64,000 nucleotides of DNA from Zootoca vivipara (lineage: Eukaryota), in NCBI RefSeq assembly GCF_963506605.1, contig NC_083288.1, forward strand, positions 41,478,001 through 41,542,000, read 5' to 3'. The position numbers and the translations under genes are program-made. This document shows, in pieces, positions 49,087 to 60,360 of the stretch. The notes beneath the pieces are model-generated. The model did no database searches. It worked only from the letters and a program-made list of their open reading frames with translations, and had not been told where the DNA came from. How positions within the stretch are numbered: position 1 is the stretch's first letter; the number at the start of each line of letters is the position of its first letter.

Positions 49087-50635
49087 CCAGGTGGGTCCAC
49101 AGAGTACTCAACCTTGAAGCGTACTCCACCCGAAGAATGACTGTAATTGGTTCTGGAAGTCCGTACTTAACCTGAAGCGTACTTAACCTGAAGTGAACTT
49201 TCCCATTGAAAGTAATGGAAAGTGGATTAATCCGTTCCAGATGGGTCCACGGAGTACTTAAACTGAAAGTACTCAAACTGAGGCATACTTAAACCGAGGT
49301 ATGACTGTATCTGCAAGTTGAGGGAGGGGCCCCAGCCATTTGCCATCTCATACAGAGTCCTTAATGGCCCATTAATGGCCCATCACTCAGGCAATCCTCT
49401 GACCAAGAAGCTAGCCTGGCTTATATTTTAACATTTGCTGGATCCAGGAGTTAGAAGTCTCTTGGCATACAGCTTACCGCCCCCCCCCCCCCAACTCATA
49501 ACTCTACCCATTCCCAAGAACAAGGCATATGTCCACAGATGTACAAACAAGCAGCAAAATACAACTTCCCTGTAGAAAAATAATGAGTTAGCAAAGGCTA
49601 ATTCCTTTGGCGAAATACCCTTGGCGAAAGCGTTCTCCCATCCCTGTCACCTGAACCAGTACAAGTTGTGATGATTTGCTACGCAGCAGGCAAAACCCAA
49701 ATGGCACCAGCCAATCAGCCAAGTGAGGAAAATTCCTGTCGTGCCCCTGTTCCAACGACAGACGACACATGACGGCATAGCAAGGTCAAGCGCAACAAAG
49801 TCCTAAAAATAGGGAGAGGTGGGTGGGTGTTCCAAATGCACGCACCGAAAGAGGAAGTTCTGGGTCACGTGCATGGGTATATTTAGGTCCCTCAATCCGT
49901 TTGGACTGTGCCCCATTGACCAGATTTAACCCAACATTGAGGGACCTTCCAATCGGGTGTCTCACTGCAACATGTGCCCTCTTTGAGGGAGGTCCTGATT
50001 TGTAAAACAGTGGCCTTAGCTGGCCACTTAAGTGCCCTCTGCAGTATCTCAAAGAATGACCAAGGTTACAATGGAGAACTGGCGTGAAGTGGGTTGGGTA
50101 GAACATATAAAGGGCCATAGAACATATAAAAGCAACAATTTATAATCTACACTGACATTCCTTTTCAATGAGAAGCAGAAACACCAGCAAGAAACTGCAG
50201 TTAAAAAAGGAATACAAAAACCAATGCAGAAAGCGGATATTTTTTTTAGCAGATTTACAAAATGGGGTACCAAGCGGTGTACACATGAAATTGGAGCTAA
50301 AAACAGTCAAGATAAAATAAATGTACATAAAACCATCATTGCCTTAAAAAACAGTGATAAAATGAATCAAATGTTTAAAACAGATATTCAAGCATCCCTT
50401 TGGTTAGTTACTGTTGGCAGTGAGGTTAGTAATAGAAAGCTAATGGATTTTTTTGGGGAAGGAATATTAATTGCCACATGGTATAAGAAAGTATGGCAGT
50501 TAGCTTTGATTGAGAAAAAAATGACTAGCAAATTAAACAACAGACTGGCATACCTTTATTAGGCATACTGCTAAAGAGGACAGGGCAGAACCTCCCTCAC
50601 ACTACAAAATTTACTGCCTAGTATAATTCTAAACT

Positions 50636-50913
50636 GCTCACTGGAAGGACAGATCGTGAAGCTGAGGCTCCAATACTTTGGCCACCTCATGAGAAGAGAA
50701 GAATCCTTGGAAAAGACCCTGATGTTGGGAAAGATTGAGGGCACTAGGAGAAGGGGACGACAGAGGACGAGATGGTTGGACAGTGTTCTCGAAGCTACGA
50801 ACATGAGTTTGACCAAACTGCGGGAGGCAGTGCAAGACAGGAGTGCCTGGCGTGCTATGGTCCATGGGGTCACGAAGAGTCGGACACGACTAAACGACTA
50901 AACAACAACAACA
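50636..50913 (+). mobile_element. BovB (RTE) LINE 3' end
   Basis: KLRLQYFGHLMRREESLEKTLMLGKIEG...WRAMVHGVTKSRTRLND, (CAA)n tail, TSD ATAATTCTAAACT. Confidence 0.93.
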
Positions 50914-51292
50914 ATAATTCTAAACTATAATTTGTTTATTAACTCTGATAAGTGGCAGGAAACACATTATTTTAGGGGTGCTGGCCGCATGGCCATCTGG
51001 AATCTCATCTCCTGGGGAGGGTGGGGTGGTTTTATTTTTTTTTAAAAAATGAGAAAATAAAAATAATGAACTAGATGTAGGTTATGTCTCTTATATTCCA
51101 ACCATTGGCTTGGGTGCTAACCATAGCTGTAATGTTCTTTCCTCCTCAGAATCTCTGATCCACTTAGTTCATTTCCTGTTGCATTTGTAGCCAGGAGGCT
51201 TAGAAACCACATTTCACCCTTACAACAACCTCTGTGCAGTAGGGTACGCAGAGGGAGAATCACTTGCTCCCTGAGAACTGCGCTTGAGGACT

Positions 51293-52229
51293 TCAACATC
51301 CTTGAAGCAATGTCCTCTTCAATGCCGCTATCATCTCCTTGTTCCGCAAGCTGTAGATGAGAGGGTTGAGCAGAGGGGTTACCACAGAGTAGAAGAGAGT
51401 CACCGCCTTATTGCTCCCTCCTGAAGATTCTGGGTTGACATAGGTGACCATGACGGAGCCATAGAACAAGCTGACCACCGCCAGGTGGGACGTGCAGGTG
51501 GAAAATGCTTTGCGTCGGCCTGCGGCGGAAGGGAGCTTTAGTACCTTCTGCAGAACAGTGCCGTAGGAGGCTACAATGAAGAGGAAGGTTGCGAAGATGA
51601 TGAGGGAGCTGAGGACGTAGCAGGACATCTGCGTGAGGGGTGCTGGGCGGCAGGAGACAGCTAGAAGTGGGCCTGGGTCGCAGACAAAATGATCCAGGAT
51701 GTTGGGGCCACAAAACGGGAGCTGGGAAATTAGGACGATGGGCACGAGAAACCACAGGAAACCAGAGATCCAGCAGCAAGCTGATAAGGTGCTGCAAAAC
51801 TGCGGGGACATGAGCATTGGGTAGCGCAGTGGGTGGCAAGATGGCAAGGTACCGGTCTAAGGCCATGCTGGAGAGGCATAAACATTCCGTTGCCCCCATG
51901 GAGAAGAAGAAATAGAACTGGAAGAAGCAGTCACGGAAGGAGATGATCCCCGGCGGGGATGCCATGTCGATGAGCATCCGAGGTACCGTGGAGGTGACGT
52001 AGCACATTTCCAGTCCAGAGAAGTTGCCCAGCAGGATGTACATGGGCATGCGGGACAAACGGGTGTCCCTGAGCACAGCCCACAGGATGCTTAGGTTCCC
52101 CAGTAGGGTGAAAGCATAGCTGGCAGAGAGGAAGGAGCACAGGAGCAAGCGTAATGTGGGCGAGAGGGAGGGGAAGCCCAGAAGAACAAATTCAGTCACT
52201 TTCTGGCCGGTGGTGTTGGCCAGATCCAT
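51293..52229 (-). pseudogene. Olfactory receptor, family 11-like, with a single +1 frameshift
   Basis: MDLANTT...MALDRYLAI in one frame, CHPLRYP...KAFSTCTSHL...NPLIYSLRN in another; extra base at 51838-51839. Confidence 0.85.
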
Positions 52230-53370
52230 TTGCCGCTCCTATAGATGCACAAAATCATTGTGAAGAACAGGTTATAAATTTTATTAAGTAAATAAATCTG
52301 TGGATTTGGAGTGTATTCTTATGCGTCGACATGGCTGCCTTTCCTTCTTCAGTTCATATGTCTCTCCTTCTTCCCTAGTTCATCCTGGCTCCAGTGTTGG
52401 TGCCCATCTCATGTCTAAGCATGTTACACCAAGCTACAAGGAAGTTTAAAAAGCATTGTAAGGGAATGGGTAGCAGTGGGAAAGGATCACATTGAGGAAC
52501 TCCTGAGAGCCACAAATATCTTTTTTTAAAAAAAGGGGAGCAGTTTCCCTATAGGTAGTGGTATCCCCAATACATGTATCTGTGTACTGATAAAATACTG
52601 CAAAAACAGCAGCCTCTCATCCACCTGGTCTACGGAACCACCCACTAACACGGCTTCACTCTCGTCTGGATTGAGTTTCAGTTTGTTGGCTCTCACCCAG
52701 TCCATTATCGAGGCAGGACACACCAGTCCAGCACTCAGTCTCAAATGCCATATAATGCATTCACGTTTGTGCTGAAATTTTTATTTGGATGGTCCATTTG
52801 CAGGTGGGAACATCTTCAATTTTTAAAATCTATGCACAACAACCCTTAGTATATTTTTTAAAATTAATATCGGGTTATAATGCTGAGAAAGCTCCTCCTT
52901 TCAAACCCACCACTTTAAACATGCCTAGGCACCCATGTCTTCCAAACCATTTGCTGTTCCTTGAAGAAAATGCTGTGGAGCTGCACAGGAAAGGGAGATA
53001 TTTGAAAGAAAAGCCAACGTGAAATTAAAAGCTCACCTGGTCCACAGCTACTGTCTCCCAGTTCCAGATGCCATTGAGTTTTGGAGATGTCACCTTGAGA
53101 AGAAGGCTGATGTCTTGAAATCATAGGCTGAAGCCACAGTGGTACGTTGTCTCCAGAGTGCAGCAGAAAAACAGACCTGTATTTTTTTAATTGCCATGTT
53201 TGCAAGAGCATATTTATCAAGTGATGCAGAGGAGAGTTATGAAAACAGGGTCTCCCTGGCAGCAGCATACTGTGGGTTGCTGGTGCCCGGGTTGGGCAAG
53301 CTGCTGATGCTGTTGGAGTGCCCCTCCCCACTAGAGCCAAGCGGGGGTGCACTGAGTAGCAAGCCTCCCC

Positions 53371-53930
53371 ATGCTAATTATCTCCCGCTTGGACTACTGC
53401 AATGCACTCTATGTGGGGCTACCTTTGAAGGTGACCCGGAAACTACAACTAATCCAGAAGGCGGCAGCTACACTGGTGACTGGGGGCGGCCGCCAAGACC
53501 ACATAACACCGGTCTTGAAAGACCTACATTGGTTCCCAGTACGTTTCTGGGCACAATGCAAAGCAGACCCGGCTCTAGGTGTAGTCCCAGTGGCGCGTGG
53601 CGGCAGGGTGCTGGGCCGGCAGGGGGGGGGCGCTGCATGGCAAAGCCGTGCGGATGCCATGCTGCACGCTGCAAGGGCAGGGGCGCCGGAGCGATCTCCG
53701 CGCCTCAGCGCCAGGGCGCCCGACCTACTTGAGACGGCCCTGATGCAAAGTGTTGATGCTGACCTTTAAAGCCCTAAACGGCCTCGGCCCAGTATACCTG
53801 AAGGAGCGTCTCCACCCCCATTGTTAAGCCCAGACACTGAGGTCCAGTGCTGAGGGCCTTCTGATAGTTCCCTCGCTGCGAGAAGCCAAGTTACAGGGAA
53901 CCAGGCAGAGGGCCTTCTCGGTAGTGGTGA
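53371..53930 (+). mobile_element. L2 LINE ORF2 fragment interrupted by a MITE
   Basis: ISRLDYCNALYVGLP...LQLIQKAAA...HITPVLKDLHWFPV. Confidence 0.88.
53564..53742. mobile_element. GC-rich hAT MITE nested in L2
   Basis: Perfect 8-bp TSD ATGCAAAG; CAG...CTG termini. Confidence 0.8.
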
Positions 53931-54330
53931 GAAACACTGGCTCCCCTTCTCCAGGACAACATTTTTCCTGTGTGACAGGTCCACAGTTACCCTGGCAACT
54001 TCCATTTCACAGATCCAAGCATGTTCCTTTGATGGTTCATCAACACCTCTGTCATTCTTGATGACTTCCATCCCAGGTGACACCCTGAAAAATAAGCTTA
54101 GCCTGCATTTTTACACTGCTAAGCTGTCTCTCACCCTGGCGAGGACCCTAAGCATTTAGTAATTTCTAGCAGCCAGTAATTCCTAACATCCACTAACTGC
54201 TTAGAATTACAGGCACTTGTGCACCCCCAAAACTCTAGTACCCCAAATCTGTAACACTATGTTAAAATAATATTCTGTCCCATAATGTGTTCTGCAGAAG
54301 CTGTTCAAGAGGGAAGGAGGACTTCCACTT

Positions 54331-54433
54331 AGAATCATAGAATCATAGAGTTGGAAGAGACCACAAGGGCCATCCAGTCCAACCCCCTGCCAAGCAGGAA
54401 ACACCATCAAAGCATTCCGGACAGATGGCTGTC
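54331..54433 (-). mobile_element. CR1 3' end fragment
   Basis: (ATTCTATG)n tail on - strand; matches 58667 onward. Confidence 0.85.
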
Positions 54434-54728
54434 ACTTGCTCATCAGAAAAATCTCCCTGCATACAGAAAAATAGCTTGACAGGGAGAAAGCTTGACCTTG
54501 CCTCCTTTCCTGAAATGCTGCTTATCCAAGCAACTGATACTAATCTCCCGCATATGTGGTCTGTTTTTTCCTGCCGTGGGTAAGGCTTGGGCCCATCCGC
54601 CATCGCTTGCCCCAAGAGGTGGCAGATGGGCCCCAGCCTAGGCCGCATGGCGGTTGTTCCCTTTCCGGTGGCGTTGGAAGGGGCATGGCTCCTCCGCAGC
54701 CACCGTCGGGCACTTCACCGGCCCTTGC

Positions 54729-54885
54729 TTGTTCTTGGTATAAGCTTTTGTGTGCATGCACACTTCTTCAGATATACTGTATCTGAAGTGTATCTGAAGA
54801 AGTGTATCTGAAGAAGTGTGCATGCACACAAAAGCTTATACCAAGAACAAAATTAGTTGGTCTCCAAGGTGCTACTGGACAATTT
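54729..54885. mobile_element. Penelope-like inverted pLTR pair
   Basis: Two back-to-back CTGAAGAAGTGTGCATGCACACAAAAGCTTATACC motifs separated by GTATCTGAAG stutters. Confidence 0.7.
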
Positions 54886-55752
54886 TTAAATTTTTAAATA
54901 TTATTTTATATTGGCAATTTTCACTCTCTCCAATTCAGTGTTTATATGAACTTTATATCAACATCAGCATCATCTAGATCTGAACAATGCCTTCAGGTTG
55001 AGTAAAAAGGGTGTGTGTTTAGTTTGTCATGTTTCTTATTTCAAAATGTAACTAAATTTAATTTTTAAAAGTGAAATTAGGTAATTTCTCAGTAAAAATG
55101 CAACAAAAATAATTTCCCTCCCCCATTCCTAAGCATAAGGCACACACAATGCACGCCCCCCAAGTCATGTTGTTATATAAATGAACTTTTAATAAGTTTA
55201 ATTTTGTTGATTACATAATAGATACACCAAATAATTCTGAGCCAATAATGTTTGACCCTTGCATTCTAGTTCTCAAAGGAAGAAGTAAACATTATTATAG
55301 TGTCATGTGGTTGACTAATGAATACTCCCATCCCTGACCAGCTTAGTTTTTGGAATAGAGCTGGTCCAAGACATTTTGCTGCCTGTGGACAGGATGACCC
55401 CCCCCCCCCCCGGTCTCACACACTTGACTGTCAATATAATCTTTTTAAAATTACTGGTGACAGGACAGCATTCTCCAGTTGTCCCAGTGACAGTGGAATC
55501 ATGTAGGGGGTGACACAGCTCTGGGCTCCAACATCTCACCACACTCCCTGACATCCAGCATCTATTGCCTGAAGCAGCGATCTCACTTTGCCCAGTGTTA
55601 GGGCTAGTCAATTTTTGAGGAATCTTAACTGAACATTACAATGTGACTGAGGTGGGATGTTCATTCTTCTGGTCAAAACTAAACACACCCATGAGTTCTT
55701 CAACAGACTGATTGGGTGTTGTGTTCTCTTTTTTCTTCTTCTTCCCACTTTT

Positions 55753-56715
55753 TCACTCTGTCACAATTCTGCTCCGCCATTTCTCTGTGTTCCTCAACAA
55801 CCGTCCCAGTGCCTCTTTCACCTGATCATTCCTCAGGCAGTAGATCAGTGGGTTGAGAAAGGGGGTAACAGCGGTGTAGAACAGCGTCACGGCTGCATTG
55901 AGCGCTGACTGGCTTTCTCCACGTGGAATTAAATTGACGGCTGCTACTGACCCGTAAAAAAGTGTCACCACAATTAGATGGAATGATATTGTGGAGAAAG
56001 CCTTCCTGCGATTTCCCTGGCTAGAGGCTTTCACCAGAGTAAGAATCACAACACCATAGGAGAGCACAACAAATAAGATATTGACTAAAACCCCAGAAGT
56101 CATAGAAAGCTGACAGATGAAAGGAACATTTCCTAGTGGGGGGCAGGCCAGGGACATAATCAGCCCAGGATCGCACAGAAGATTATCAATGATGTTTGGT
56201 CCACAGAAGGACAATTTGGAGATCAAGGTCACTGGGACAACATTCCACAGGAAGCCAAGGACCCAGCAAGCAGCCACCAGGGCATAGCAGAAATCCAGGG
56301 ACATGATTTGTGGGTAGCGCAGTGGCTGGCAGATGGCCAAGTAGCGGTCCAAGGCCATGACTGAAAGGAAGAAGCATTCGGTGCTTCCAAGAGAAAAGAA
56401 GAGGTAGAACTGAGCCAAACAGTCATGAAAGGGGATGATTCCTCCATGAGAGGATGCCAGGTCAAAGAGCATCCGGGGCACAGTTACACTCACATAACAC
56501 ACTTCCAGCCAGGAGAAGTTGCTCAGCAGGACGTACATGGGAAGCTGGGATAAATGGGTGTCCAGGACCACCAGTGTGATAATCATGAGGTTCTCGGCCA
56601 AAGTGAGAATGTAGAGGGTGGTGAAAAAGACAAGAAGCAGGAAACGTTTCTGTTGCCCATCTCCAAAGCCCACCAAAATGAATTCCTGGATGGTGGTCCC
56701 ATTGGCCATCTCCAT
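55753..56715 (-). CDS. Olfactory receptor, family 11-like
   Basis: MEMANGT start directly after acceptor-like CTACTTGCAG; PMYVLLSNFS, MALDRYLAICQPLRY, PFLNPLIYCLRN. Confidence 0.92.
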   Translation of the reverse strand: MEMANGTTIQEFILVGFGDGQQKRFLLLVFFTTLYILTLAENLMIITLVVLDTHLSQLPMYVLLSNFSWLEVCYVSVTVPRMLFDLASSHGGIIPFHDCLAQFYLFFSLGSTECFFLSVMALDRYLAICQPLRYPQIMSLDFCYALVAACWVLGFLWNVVPVTLISKLSFCGPNIIDNLLCDPGLIMSLACPPLGNVPFICQLSMTSGVLVNILFVVLSYGVVILTLVKASSQGNRRKAFSTISFHLIVVTLFYGSVAAVNLIPRGESQSALNAAVTLFYTAVTPFLNPLIYCLRNDQVKEALGRLLRNTEKWRSRIVTE

Positions 56716-56961
56716 CTGCAAGTAGATAATAGAACCATCATCCCATGCCATATGCAAGTATTAGCTGCCTGTCTCCTTGTTTGGAGGACAAAAGCTATGC
56801 AGAAATGCCTATTAGGTGGAGAGAGAGAGGGAACTGTTGTAACCCCCTTCCCATATATTTCAGATCACATTTTCTCACCATATGCATCTTACAGTTGTTT
56901 TTAAACCCTGGTAGCTAAGCAAACACCGAGTTAGTTTTGTTTACCATAATGTGTGAGATTA

Positions 56962-57105
56962 NNNNNNNNNNNNNNNNNNNNNNNNNNNNNNNNNNNNNNN
57001 NNNNNNNNNNNNNNNNNNNNNNNNNNNNNNNNNNNNNNNNNNNNNNNNNNNNNNNNNNNNNNNNNNNNNNNNNNNNNNNNNNNNNNNNNNNNNNNNNNNN
57101 NNNNN
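56962..57105. other. Assembly gap (144 N)
   Basis: Run of N. Confidence 0.99.
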
Positions 57106-57202
57106 ATGTGAATAAAACTGCTTGTGAATAAAACTGCTCTGCTCTCTGGATCAACAGGGAACAAGTCTGCTTCTTCATTGATCTGATAGCCCTTCAGATA
57201 TT

Positions 57203-57386
57203 TGGAGCTGAGTAGTAGAGCATCTCCTTTGCATGCAGAAGGTCTCAGGTTCAATCCCCAGCATCTCCAAGTAGGTCTGGAGATACCCTTGTTTGAAACC
57301 CTGGAGAGCAGCTGCCGGTCAGTGTGGACAATGCTGAGTTAGATGGACCAACAGTCTGACTCAGTATATGGCAGTTTCCTGTGTTT
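57203..57386 (+). mobile_element. tRNA-derived SINE (Squam3-like)
   Basis: Head GTAGAGCAT...GGTTCAATCCCCAGCATCTCCA, body TAGATGGACCAA...GGCAGTTTCCT; a reverse copy lies at ~61770-61935. Confidence 0.72.
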
Positions 57387-57504
57387 TTCAAATGGCTGAG
57401 TAAGAGCATGGCAAAATCAACTAGGAGAAGATCAGCCTGGAGGGGGGCAAACAGGAGCAAGACAAAATATTCTGGAAAAGGTAGCGAGGAAATGAAATAT
57501 TTAC

Positions 57505-57884
57505 ATAGGATGTTGACTAGCTGGAAGGTGTGCAGAGGAGGGCAACCAAGATGATCAAAGGTCTGGAAACCAAGCCTTATGAGGAATGGTTGAAGGAACT
57601 GGGTATGTTTAACCTGGAATAGAGGAGAGATGATAGCCATCTTCAAATATCTCAAGGGCTGTCACATGGAAGATGGAGCAAGCTTTTTTTCCTCCTGCTC
57701 TGGGGGGTAGGACTGAAGTTACAATAAAGGCTTCAAGTTACAAGAAAGGAGATTCCAATTAAAAATCAGGAAAAACTTTCTGCTTGACAGTGGAACGGTC
57801 TCCCTCGGGAGGTGGTGGACTCTCCTTCCTTGGAGGTTTTTAAGCAAAGGTTGGATGGCCATCTGTCATGATTCTATGATTCTA
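57505..57884 (+). mobile_element. CR1 LINE 3' fragment
   Basis: RT C-terminal homology to 58667-59288; ATTCTATGATTCT tail. Confidence 0.85.
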
Positions 57885-58427
57885 CATGCTAACAATATCC
57901 AATAACTTTAGATTTTGTGCAGGAAAATGGGTGATTAGGATATGAAAATGCCTTACCCAGAGTGATTGTCTACCCAGCTTTCTCTTGAGATGAGGGTTAA
58001 GCAGGACCACTAAATGACTTCCTTGAAATGAGGGTCTTTCCAACTGTTGTTCATAAGGAAACTAAACAATACATTGTAGCTTTATGCAAGACTAAGGTGC
58101 TGCTACTGCTGCTTAATAAAAACGTAATAAAGATGGCATTTTATTGTCAAGGTGGCTGCTGCCAGTGGTGGACTTGGGGCTATCAAATTTAAGCAGTGCT
58201 TGTGTGCCACTAAAATGTGGTGCCTCCTGCCTCTCATGCTCCATTCTACAACATTGTTTTGGCACCCCTGCAGTGTGGCACCCAGTGTGATTTCCCAGCA
58301 GTCACGCTATCCTAAAACCACCTCTGCTGCTGAGCATTTTTTGAAAGAATTTTCCAGGGTCTGAGTTGGGGAAAACAGGTTTAAATTAGTATCAGGAGTG
58401 CAGCTGGGAAATCTTGATTCTATGCTC

Positions 58428-58635
58428 CGAGGGCTTTCTTGGTAGTGGCACCCGCCCTGTGGAACGCCCTCCCATCAGATGTCAAGGAAATAATCAACTA
58501 TCTGAGTTTTAGAAGACATCTGAAGGCAGCCCTGCATTGGGAAATTTTTAATGTCTAATGTTATACATTTTTTTTTATGTGCTGTAAGCTGCCCTGAGTA
58601 GCTGGGGAAACCCAGCCAGATGGGTGGGGTATTAA
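58428..58635 (+). mobile_element. L2 LINE 3' end
   Basis: GTGGCACCCGCCCTGTGGAACGCCCTCCC...GATGGGTGGGGTATTAAT. Confidence 0.75.
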
Positions 58636-58666
<31 letters not shown>

Positions 58667-58668
<2 letters not shown>

Positions 58669-59287
58669 AATCATAGAATCATAGAGTTGGAAGAGACCAC
58701 GAGGGCCATCCAGTCCAACCCCCTGCCAAGCAGGAAACACAATCAAAGCATTCTTGACATGTGGCTGTCAAGCCTCTGCTTAAAGACCTCCAAAGAAGGA
58801 GACTCCACCACACTCCTTGGTAGCAAATTCCACTGCCGAACAGCTCTTACTGTCAGAAAGTTCTTCCTAATGTTTAGGTGGAATCTTCTTTCTTGAAGTT
58901 TGAATCCATTGCTCCGTGTCCGCTTCTCTGGAGCAGCAGAAAACAATCTTTCTCCCTCCTCTACATGACATCCTTTTATATATTTGAACATGGCTATCAT
59001 ATCACCCCTTAGCCTTCTCTTCTCCAGGCTAAACATACCCAGCTCCCTAAGCCGTTCCTCATAAGGCATCGTTTCCAGGCCCTTGACCATTTTGGTTGCC
59101 CTCTTCTGGACACGTTCCAGCTTGTCAGTATCCTTCTTGAACTGTGGTGCCCAGAACTGGACACAGTACTCCAGGTGAGGTCTGACCAGAGCAGAATACA
59201 GTGGTACTATTACTTCCCTAGATCTAGATGCTATACTCCTATTGATGCAGCCCAGAATTGCATTGGCTTTTTTAGCTGCTGCATCAC

Positions 59288-59288
<1 letters not shown>
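58667..59288 (-). mobile_element. CR1 LINE 3' part, flanked by (AGT)n on both sides
   Basis: [37 protein letters not shown]...[16 protein letters not shown]; CR1 octamer tail. Confidence 0.93.
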
Positions 59289-59327
<39 letters not shown>

Positions 59328-60077
59328 ATTCCCCTAACTATTATTTCTCCCTCCCCATGCAGAACTTTATAATAGCTTGTTTACATTGCCTTGAAAAACC
59401 AAAATCTGAGCATTGCAAGTGTCACCCATTCAAACCCATCCCTCTATGTTCTTCTTCTTCCAACCCATCTTCCTTTGGCTTGGTAGCAATCCCATTTAAG
59501 TACCTCAGTAGCTTTCAAACTCTTGATCTAGCCAGCTGTGGGGACATCACATACCTTGTCCTTCTGCAATAACAGGCCATGGGATTGTTTGGGTGGTAAG
59601 GAAGTGCAGATAAAAGCTAGAATGCCTCTGATAAGTATTTGGTGGCCCTGGGGAATATGCCCCTTAAGAACATTGTCATTATCCACTGAAAGAGCATCTC
59701 TTTAGGGGTTTGAAACACAGGAAATTCCTACAGGTATTTCTTGTTTACCTGGATTCTGTTTTGCATAACATGGACACCTTTGAGCAATTAAACTGCTGGA
59801 ACGCTTTTTAATGTGTAATGTTATATTATGTTTTTATATATGTTGGAAGCTGCCTAGAGTGACCGGGGCAACCCAGTCAGATGAGTGGGGTAAAAATATT
59901 ATGATTATGATTAATTATAGACAAGGCTCTTCAAGTTTAGTTTAACCACACAGAAAACAACTATATTGTTTTATTTGGTTACGGTGCCGTCGTTCTACAG
60001 GGGACTTTACAAAAGAAGCTAATGATGCAGAATTAGTCCCAGTGGAAGCAACAGTGTCAATGCGTACAAAGCGTCAT

Positions 60078-60078
60078 C

Positions 60079-60120
<42 letters not shown>

Positions 60121-60137
60121 ATCTATCTATCTATCTA
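60078..60137. repeat. (ATCT)n microsatellite
   Basis: Direct read. Confidence 0.95.
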
Positions 60138-60360
60138 AATCCTGATTAATATTCAAGAGCATTTTAGGGAGTATTTCACCTAGTAAACATATTTTGGTAT
60201 TATTTTATTTATTTATAAAAATATTTATCTAACGTCTTCTACAGTAAATCTCATGTACAGAAATTCATAATCTTATAAAATGTCACAGTAAAATCATGAT
60301 ACAGGTCAATGATGAGCAATGGATCAAGGTCTTAAAATGGCTAACGTGGTTTTTTTTTTT

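Larger units (their letters stand above)
48576..49307. mobile_element. Tigger-like MITE (same family as 41764-42100, reversed) with two nested insertions
   Basis: TA-AAGTGGTACCTCGG ... CCGAGGTATGACTG-TA. Confidence 0.82.

Noticed and set aside
57107-57138. 16-bp tandem repeat TGTGAATAAAACTGCT
   Set aside because: Adjacent to an assembly gap and may be an edge artefact.
53900-58760. L2 then CR1 fragments in similar order downstream of the last two ORs, suggesting a tandem duplication unit
   Set aside because: The ORs are far more diverged than the repeats and the unique flanks do not align; independent insertions are more likely.
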